Below are positions 55,267-64,000 of a stretch of 64,000 nucleotides of DNA, piece after piece. The stretch is from the NCBI GenBank assembly GCA_964016885.1, contig OZ024741.1, positions 33,728,001 through 33,792,000 on the forward strand, in the 5' to 3' direction. The DNA comes from Eledone cirrhosa (Eukaryota). The notes under the pieces are model-generated. The model was given only the letters and a program-made list of their open reading frames with translations. It ran no database searches and was not told where the DNA came from. How positions within the stretch are numbered: position 1 is the stretch's first letter; each line of letters starts with the position of its first letter. Made by a program: the position numbers and the translations under genes.

Positions 55267-56015
55267 CTGAGGTTGGTAATGGCACATGGAATATATAAGA
55301 GACAAAATACTTTTTTGTGAAAAAACATATAATTTTATAAGGTAAGGAAATAATAAAGGGTATAAAAAATGACCGGTTTCGATGGGTCTGCAAAAGCCAT
55401 CTTTTCAAATGTTGATTAATATTAAGAAAAATTAATAATAAGAAGAGTTAAAGTTTGAGATTTGAAAATTCAAGTATAAAATTCATTGTGGGATTTCATA
55501 GTAGTTTTCATCTTGGTAGCCGCAAGTTGACTGCTGTGTGCCTTTCTGGTAGTGAATGAGAAGTTATTTGGGGGTGTGGGTTATTTTATAAAGGTCAGCT
55601 TTAGCAATGGCCAGATGGCCAGCTGCTGGTCAGTGAGGGGGTGGAAGCAATATACATACATATATCTTCCTGTGGTCGGTAGGAGAGGGGAGAGTGATAG
55701 AAAGGGATTTAGTGCACTTACACCTATATATACACACATACCTTCATCCACACATACATACATATACACACATACATACACACACACATACATATACATA
55801 CACACATACACACACACATATATACACATACACACACATATATATATACACACACACACACATATATATACATACACATACATCCAGATACACACATACA
55901 TACACACACACACACACACACAAACAAACACATATATATACACACACATATATATATATATATATAAAATAAAGTTAAATAAAAGTCAAATGATTAAAAT
56001 TTAGCTTCGTTTATT

Positions 56016-56070
56016 ACTGCTATATATATTTCAGTGACAGCCATCTTTGGCTGTGACCTCTTCAGGCAGT
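56016..56070 (-). ncRNA. Type I hammerhead with (AU)4 palindromic stem III
   Basis: Minus strand: ACTGC CTGAAGA G GTCACAGCCA aaga TGGCTGTCAC T GAAA TATATA TA GCAGT. Confidence 0.85.
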
Positions 56071-56334
56071 TTGAATTAGTATGGTATAGACAAGTACATA
56101 TGTTGTTTAGGTGTATAATATTGTCAATACTCTGATATACCCAGTTCTTTGTTGGGTTGTTAATTCACTGAGGAACTGGAGTCATATATATATATATATA
56201 TGAAAATAGCCGTCGAAACGGCTTGAGCTCTGCCGTCGGGGTCATTCTTTTTCCCTATTTCCCAGTCTACTACCCTAAGTATTGAGTACTCTGGTGCGTT
56301 ATGGTCCATCTGGTTCCTTACCACAATTCCTTCG

Positions 56335-56377
<43 letters not shown>

Positions 56378-56380
56378 ATA

Positions 56381-56788
56381 CATTAACAGAGAAATCCTTA
56401 TGCGATACTCTGACCAACTCCATCTCACTCAACAAACATTAGGATATACCTAAGTATTCTCCCAATTTAGTGTTTGGGGTGCTAACTAATCAGTATTTCG
56501 TGGATAGTTGGTTGTATTATTTTATATGAGACATAATTAAATAAATATCTCTTTCCTTCCAGACGATCGTTTCGTTATAAGATTTCTACAATTTGGGATA
56601 AATAATGTCCAGGTTATGTAGAAACTTGTATATAATCCATAGTTTTATATACAAGCGGGCCCTTATAAACTCAGCAGTTTGGATGCCCAAATAATATCGA
56701 TATAAAAATTACATCGACATTAATAGATTAGTGATGGTCTCCTTAAGCGCTAAAAAGAGACTGGTAGATTCGAAAATCCAGCAGTCCT
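56381..56788 (-). mobile_element. Family D element; hammerhead core mutated (CTGCTGA)
   Basis: Reverse complement of 36995-37400. Confidence 0.8.
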
Positions 56789-56954
56789 CTCAAAGATAAA
56801 ATACACGTTGCCCCCAAGAGGGTAAGGGGAGGTCATCTTAAAATATAAAACAAAATATACACGCTGGTCCTTTAAACCTGTTAGGTATTATAACCACGTG
56901 TTTAAGAACTCAATTGGATATTAAAAGAATAACTATATATATACACAACCAATG

Positions 56955-56988
<34 letters not shown>

Positions 56989-57037
56989 CATTGGTTGTGT
57001 ATATATATAGTTATTCTTTTCAATGTAAGCACTCAAC

Positions 57038-57073
<36 letters not shown>

Positions 57074-57120
57074 GTTGAGTGCTTACATTGTTTATTATTA
57101 TTATGTATTATATATATACA

Positions 57121-57320
57121 GGGCGGTGGATTGGCAGCATCGGTAGAGGGTCGGACGCCATGCTTTGCAGCAAAGAGTTACGGCCCTTTATGGTCTGAGT
57201 TCAAATCCCGCCGAGGTTAACTTTGCCTTTCATCCTTACGGGGTACGGGGTCGATAAAATAAAGTACCAGTAATACACTGGGATAATTGTTGGCCTTGTG
57301 CCAAAAGTAGAAACAATTAT
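57121..57320 (+). mobile_element. tRNA-derived SINE
   Basis: Full head, core and tail. Confidence 0.9.
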
Positions 57321-57421
57321 GTATTATATATATAGAGATGTGTGTGTATGTAGATCCCGACTTAAAACGTGGGTAACCACAGTTACAAAGGTATTCAATA
57401 CATTAGTAGAGTGTAAACATC

Positions 57422-57548
57422 ATATTTAATATAGAAATGGCTTCTACAGGACTAGAACTGTTTCATTCGTATAAAATCATCAGGAATTTCCTGATGATTT
57501 CATACGAATGAAACGATTCTAATCCTGTTAGAAGCCATTTCTATATTA

Positions 57549-57553
<5 letters not shown>
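57422..57553. ncRNA. Head-to-head pair of family A hammerheads
   Basis: Minus copy 57442-57486, plus copy 57487-57534 (stem III damaged); whole segment is an imperfect palindrome. Confidence 0.7.
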
Positions 57554-57602
<49 letters not shown>

Positions 57603-58409
57603 TCTGAGTGTGTTTGTGTTGTTGCGTACGCATATCTGTTCATCAATACATTGTCATATATATGTTTACTTCTCTATATCTCTACATATACATGCATGTG
57701 TATGTGTGTGAGTGTATGTATATATACATGTATAGATAGATAGTTATGTACGTGCTGTGTTTATCTTGTTAGTTATTACGGGTGTGTATGTGTTGAAGTA
57801 ATCTCTATGAGATTATGTCAACAGTGTATGAGCGTCTCTCGGCAAACGTCCCGCCCTACTTAAGATTCTTAAGGATCAATGCTTACCTTTATTTTGATAA
57901 GCATTAAGCGGATCATAGATAAAATGTTCGTCCCACTCACCTCAGTTGGTGGATAATATTCCAGTGTGACTCAGGTGACGTTTTCAGAAGTATCTATTCC
58001 CATATTGGGGAATGCTTAGTAATCTATTGACTCACTTTAGCATCATTTTACTGTCCTTCTCTCAGACTGATTCTGAGGAATGTTCCACTGAGAGAACCAG
58101 TATAAAAATCTCAACGACGTCGATGGATCTTCTGGAAATAGTATGACTAATATACCAAAAAATCACTCGACCATATTTATATATATGTATGAATATGTGT
58201 GTGAATATATGTGTGTCCGTGTGTGTGTGTGTGTGCGAGTGTGTATGCGGCGGAGTCGTAGGGGCGCCATATTGACATATGGCATTTCTATAGATTTCTT
58301 TTTAAACCTGGGAGAGCCCATCTTCTCGCCAGGTTTGAATACAGCAGATTTCTTCCAGAGAAGGATAGAGAGTGAAAGAAAGAAGAAGTGAGAAAGAGAT
58401 TTAGAGGAA

Positions 58410-58567
58410 TAATCGAATCCCAGTATTTGATTGGTATTTTTTTATCGACATCGAATAGATGAAAGACAAAGTTGACCTCGACGGGATTTGAATTCAGGGA
58501 TCAGAGAGCCGAAATAAATACCGCAAGGCATTCTATCCGACGTTCTAACGACTCTGCCAATTCACCT
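58410..58567 (-). mobile_element. Diverged tRNA-derived SINE
   Basis: Reverse core and head GGTGAATTGGCAGAGTCGTTAG. Confidence 0.75.
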
Positions 58568-59203
58568 TACGCCAGTGTATATATAACTATACACGAGGTC
58601 TGCCAATTCACCTTACGCCAGTGTATATATAACTATACACGAGGTCTGCCAATTCACCTTACACCAGTGTATATATAACTATACACGAGGTCTGCCAATT
58701 CACCTTACGCCAAGGTTATATATAACTATACACGAGGTGAGCCAATTCACCTTACGCCAGTGTATATATAACTATACACGAGGTCTGCCAATTCACCTTA
58801 CGCCAAGGTTATATATAACTATACACGAGGTGTGCCAATTCACCTTACGCCAAGGTTATATATAACTATACACGAGGTGTGCCAATTCACCTTACGCCAG
58901 TGTATATATAACTTTACACGAGGTCTGCCAATTCACCTTACGCCAGTGTATATATAACTATACACGAGGTCTGTCAATTCACCTTACGCCAGTGTATATA
59001 GAACTATACACGAGGTCTCTCAATTCACCTTACGCCAGTGTATATATAACTATAGGCGAGGTCTGCCAATTCACCTTGCGCCAGTGTATATATAACTATA
59101 CACGAGGTCTGTCAATTCACCTTACGCCAGTGTATATATAACTATACACGAGGTCTGCCAATTCACCTTACGCCAGTGTATATATAACTATACACGAGGT
59201 CTG
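58553..59203. repeat. 46-bp minisatellite, about 14 copies
   Basis: Unit TCTGCCAATTCACCTTACGCCAGTGTATATATAACTATACACGAGG. Confidence 0.95.
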
Positions 59204-59494
59204 TCGAAAAGCTATCCGAAAATACTAGGTTCTATATACATAGAATAATTTTTTTCGTATACTTTTTTCGAAATCTTTATTAGTGGTCGTGTATGTAGGG
59301 TTTTGAGGGGAAGAGGGAAAAGGAGCCCTTCCCATTTCTAAGTTACTTTTACTTATTCTTGTACCCATTCCCCACAACACCCCGACAAAACTGATAACAA
59401 ACATGTAATCTATTTCAAAATTATCTATAATCTTTCACTGCAGTTCATTTCCTGTCTTGATTTTAATGACATATATATATATGTCATATATAAA

Positions 59495-59800
59495 TAAATA
59501 AATAAACAGACTAAATAAAGATGGCGTAGGCATACAATACAACGGGAGGAAACATAATAGCACCACTGACGATGTTGCAGATGTGCAACGAAAGAACTTT
59601 GTTAGACTATATATATGTGTTCGTATCTATATTGTATCTGTATTTTTGACCGTTGGTCAGTCAATGGTAGCATTGAGGACCGAATAAATTAAATTAACCG
59701 ATATAAAAGACACAGAAGCGAAAACCAACCAAACAGTGAGTGTGTTCTGTTATTATTTCTGGCAATATTATTACACAAATATGACCCTCCCCAAGTATAA
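59495..59800 (+). mobile_element. Solo pLTR/3' tail of the main PLE family
   Basis: Aligns to 22130-22443 and 36135-36440. Confidence 0.85.
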
Positions 59801-59827
59801 AAATATATATATATGCGTGTGTGTGTG

Positions 59828-59876
<49 letters not shown>

Positions 59877-59941
59877 GTAATAGATGATAAGTACTATACT
59901 GCTTATATATATTTATATATATATATATACACACATATATA

Positions 59942-59991
<50 letters not shown>

Positions 59992-60007
59992 TACACACAC
60001 ACATATT

Positions 60008-60043
<36 letters not shown>

Positions 60044-60687
60044 ACAAGATCGATACAATAAGAAACTGGTTAGACCATTACACACAAGAGTCGTCGATAC
60101 TTGGGGTAGTATAGTATGGTTATATGAAAGAGTCGGGACCCCGACGGCTGAGCTCTTGCCGTTTCAACAGCTAGTTCCAGTCTAGAACTAGCTGTTGAAA
60201 CATCAAGAGCTCAGCCGTCGGTGTCCCCACTCTTTCATATATATATATATATATATAAAGAAAGTCGGGACGCGACAAGAAAGGAATATAACACAGGAGA
60301 GCATTACAACACAATGAAGTTTAAAACCAGAAAGAAGAGGAGACAAAAGAGAACAGATAGTCGTTGAGGAGGTTACAGATAGATTACAAAAGAACTTTGA
60401 CAAACGAATGAATAACGAGCAATAAAGATAAAATGAAAATCATGTGGTGTATATGCTTCCTTTTATTGGCAATATTGACCATCTCCAAGTATAACAATAT
60501 ATATATATGTAAAAGGTAAACAGAAATAAAAACCCAATCGGTACAGTATATGGAAGGGATCTATTAGGTTAACGCTTGATATAGCAAGAAGAGGGTCTTA
60601 ACGTTCCTGACGCTAGTCCTTCATCAGAAGAAAGAAGGAGAAATAAGATAGATTGAGGGGACGGGCGGGTTGGAATTGGAAAAAAAT

Positions 60688-60754
<67 letters not shown>

Positions 60755-60956
60755 AACATTTTCAAGACCCGGACAGCAGAGCTCAAGCCGTTTCGGCGGC
60801 TATTTTCTGGACTAGCATCCAGTAATAGCCATCGAAATACCTTGAGCTCTGCCGTCGGGGTCTTGAAGATTTTCCTATTACCCACTCTACTACTCTAAGT
60901 ATATGGTACTCTTGTGCGTTATGGTCCATCTGGTTCCTTACCACACTTCCTTCGTC

Positions 60957-60986
<30 letters not shown>

Positions 60987-60987
<1 letters not shown>

Positions 60988-61222
60988 TATACATATATAA
61001 AACTGAAGTTGTCTGTGTGTGTGTCCTAATTTTTGAAAGTCTATACAAATCCACAATTCTACTCTGATTGACTTCAAAGCTGCATTTATGTATTTTTTGC
61101 AGCTTTTATTTTTCAATTTTCTGTTGTTAAAGGCGTTTTTTCTTTTCACTAAAATTTTAAGCCTTTTTTGTCAGTTCGGCAATTTTGTCTACAATGTTCA
61201 AGAGAGACAACTCTTTAGTATT
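60987..61222 (+). mobile_element. Possible non-autonomous Helitron-like element
   Basis: 5' TCTATACATATATAAAACTGAAG..GTCTGTGTG; 3' end not convincing. Confidence 0.3.
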
Positions 61223-61539
61223 TTGAAAGAGTTACCTCTCTTTATAGACTATATTATCCCTACTTAAACGTACATCCCTTGAAATTGTTGATGGTGACCC
61301 CCAATAGTAACTCCGAAGCGTTCGGCATCCGATATAACAGTTCGGTCTATATCAGATTGGGTAGATTTGTGTAACCTTAAAAGTACCCAACTAAATTCCT
61401 TCATGCTCTCCACCACTGCAGTCCCACATGCTTACTGCTCTGTAACTATTGCTTTCATTGTACTATAGCACAACAAATACATGTTCGGTTTGTTGAATGC
61501 CTTTTTACTTAACCCTATCTTCTTGGCTTTCGTCGGTTG

Positions 61540-61598
<59 letters not shown>

Positions 61599-62055
61599 TA
61601 AAAGAGAAAACACACGTAAGCATTAAGAGAAGGATTTTATCCAGGTATTTACGACCGTTTCATTGGTAAGTGCAACCTTATATTGCTATACTGCAAATAG
61701 CAGCCACTCAATTATAATTGTTGTTCACAGTCCAAATTTTCAAAATAGTAAGTTACTCTTGAAATAATTCTTAATATATAGAGAAAAACATTTATTTGGA
61801 ATTGTATTTACTAGTATAGAGAGAGAGGAATCAGGAGGTGAGGGGACAGACGGAATAGTATAGAGAGAGAGGAAGGGGGAAGAGGTAGGAAGTAGAATGA
61901 CAAACTGAGATGGAGGGAGGGGTAGAGGTGGAAGGATTCCTTGGTCAGTTTTGATAGCAGACTTCATGTCGTGGAATGTAGTGAGTTAAAGAGAATTAAA
62001 TTGATCATAGTGGGAGGGATGGATAGGGAGGGAGAGAGGGGGGAGATATAAAGAG

Positions 62056-62088
<33 letters not shown>

Positions 62089-62225
62089 ACGAAGGAAATG
62101 TGGTAAGGAACCAGGTGGACCATAACGCACCAAAGTACTCAATACTTGAGGTAGTAGAGTGGGTAATAGGAACCAGTAAGACCCCGACAGCTGAGCTCAA
62201 GCCGTTTCGACGGCTAATTCTGGAC

Positions 62226-62588
62226 GAATGTAAAGTTATAACTGACACCAATTCCTTCACCTATTTTGGCTCCACTTCCACCTCCTTTAAAGCTCGTCTT
62301 TATAATCATCATTCGTCTTTTAAATACCAACTTAAAAGAACCAACACGGCTCTCTCAGAACTCATATGGTCCTTGAAAGACAAAAATATTAAATATAACA
62401 TCTCTTGGAAAAAGGTTTCTTCTGCTTCTCCATACTTGAACAGTTCTCTATCCAAGACTTGCAATCTCTGTCTAAATGAAAAATTTACCATTATATCTAA
62501 TTTAGATTCTATAATAAATAGACGCACTGACTTGTTTTCTCTCTGCTTGCATAAATTCCACAGAACATTCCATAAAGTATACAGCTAA
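62226..62588 (+). pseudogene. 5'-truncated GIY-YIG endonuclease of a second PLE lineage
   Basis: TYFGSTSTSFKARLYNHHSSF...TALSELIWSLK...I.W...CNLCLNEK..I....INRR...C.H; fused behind an inverted family B fragment. Confidence 0.82.
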
Positions 62589-63568
62589 TATCCAAAACTT
62601 TATCAATTTAGAATCCTTTTCTCAAAGGCACATATATATATATATATATACTTCTTTAAAAATATACCCATCTTTCTACCTTATTTCAAAGTTATTTATT
62701 ATACATTATATAATACTTGTTACTCATTCTATATCACTCCTATTTATCACTTCCCTTTCTTCCTTTTCCTTTTCTTTTCTTTTCTTTTTCTTTTAATTTC
62801 TAACCCCTAATCTGTACCTTTTCTCACTGTGCCTAACATAGAAACAATTATTACACAATACAATATATTCTTACTTTATATCACCTTGAAAAAATCCTTC
62901 GTAAACATAAACACTTTTTTTGACGTTAGATTATTCATCCTCAATTCATTATTTTTTTCTCACTTTCATGTTTCATCCTATCTTCTACTTTTTTCACAAT
63001 ATATCCTTACTTACATTACCTTTGCTATTTTTAATAATACATATCTACATTTTCTTTCGATCGCACATATTATTAAACCCTTAAATATTATTCTTAATAC
63101 ATATAAACATTTTCTTTCCATTGCACATATTATTAAACCCTTAAATATTATTCTTAATACATATTAACAATTTCTTTTCATCGCACATATTATTAAACCC
63201 TTCAATATACAAACCTTAACTTTACATTATTTTTCTCTTCGTTAATTTTCAAATTCTTTTAATTTATACATTATCTTCCAACGGTTTTTCAACCTCTCTA
63301 TGTAAAACAATGTATTTTCTCAGTTATAAAAGCTATCTCTCTCTCTCTATCACCCATCTCTCCTCCTATCTCATCCTTCCTCATTATACTCCTCCTCCTC
63401 CACTTTTTACTCTCATCTCCTCCTCTTTTTTATCCTTTCCAACCTCCCCCCCCCCCCCCTCAAAAAAAATTTCCCCAATATCACACATCAATCTAAAACT
63501 AATTTTCATATGTTGATTTAAAACTGCACTATTCACAAGTGTTTTTTAACCTTCATATCATGTCTTCC

Positions 63569-63639
63569 TATTTTATCTGATGAAAACACAAATGTTATTG
63601 CATGATGATATTTGTTTTTGAAATGCGCATAATAAAATA
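63569..63639 (+). ncRNA. Type I hammerhead about 1 kb downstream of the GIY-YIG ORF
   Basis: TATTTTAT CTGATGA ...ACAAATGTTATT gcat GATGATATTTGT... GAAA TGCGCA TA ATAAAATA; stem III palindrome ATGCGCAT. Confidence 0.88.
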
Positions 63640-63762
63640 CTTGGAACTCTTTTAACCATCTTTTGATCTTATATATTATGTATACTCCAGTCCTACAAAC
63701 TGTAGAGTGCTTCTTATCCGATATCTGCATTGCTTTATTGTACTACAATAAAACTCACCTCC

Positions 63763-63817
<55 letters not shown>

Positions 63818-64000
63818 GTAGAATAATGAGAAGAACTCAATGCAAGAAAGCTGTTAAAGCAGCAAAGTGCCGCCAATGACAGCGTTGGGTAAAATGTACC
63901 TCGAAGGACATTATGACTCGTACTCCAACTCGATCTTCGAGAAGACTTAGTATATATATAAACATATATATATATATATGTATGTATATGTATATATGTG

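Noticed and set aside
58553-59203. CRISPR-like 46-bp repeats
   Set aside because: Head-to-tail minisatellite without unique spacers
62100-62225. N-terminal part of the 162-aa ORF
   Set aside because: Derived from an inverted non-coding family B tail and in frame by chance

Overview
AT-rich, microsatellite-saturated animal genomic DNA. The SINE families and repeat style suggest an octopus/cephalopod; this is an inference, not a database result. Almost all ORFs in the supplied track are translations of (TA)n/(CA)n/(GA)n/trinucleotide tracts. One host gene is visible on the + strand: three spliced exons (50045-50141, 51140-51312, 52108-52231) encoding a signal peptide plus one FGFR-D2-like I-set Ig domain. 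The rest is retroelement debris: Penelope-like elements (PLEs, GIY-YIG), R4/Dong, Tx1/L1, RTE and CR1-type LINE fragments, about 15 tRNA-derived SINEs, MITEs and minisatellites. The main hidden signal is RNA structure. More than 20 type-I hammerhead ribozyme motifs, from roughly ten different (TA)n-flanked element families, can be folded by eye. Highlights: (i) a near-perfect 310-bp tandem array with one hammerhead per unit (retrozyme-like), carrying a PLE-style inversion and abutting a young inverted PLE; (ii) hammerheads with very long or branched stem II, supported by covariation; (iii) three U3-A8 core variants; (iv) a bulged hairpin, ACUC-stem-UU-GAGU, shared by at least seven otherwise dissimilar sequences 35-75 nt before their (TA)n junction, a candidate cis-signal for PLE reverse transcriptase. 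All folds were derived manually and none was tested.
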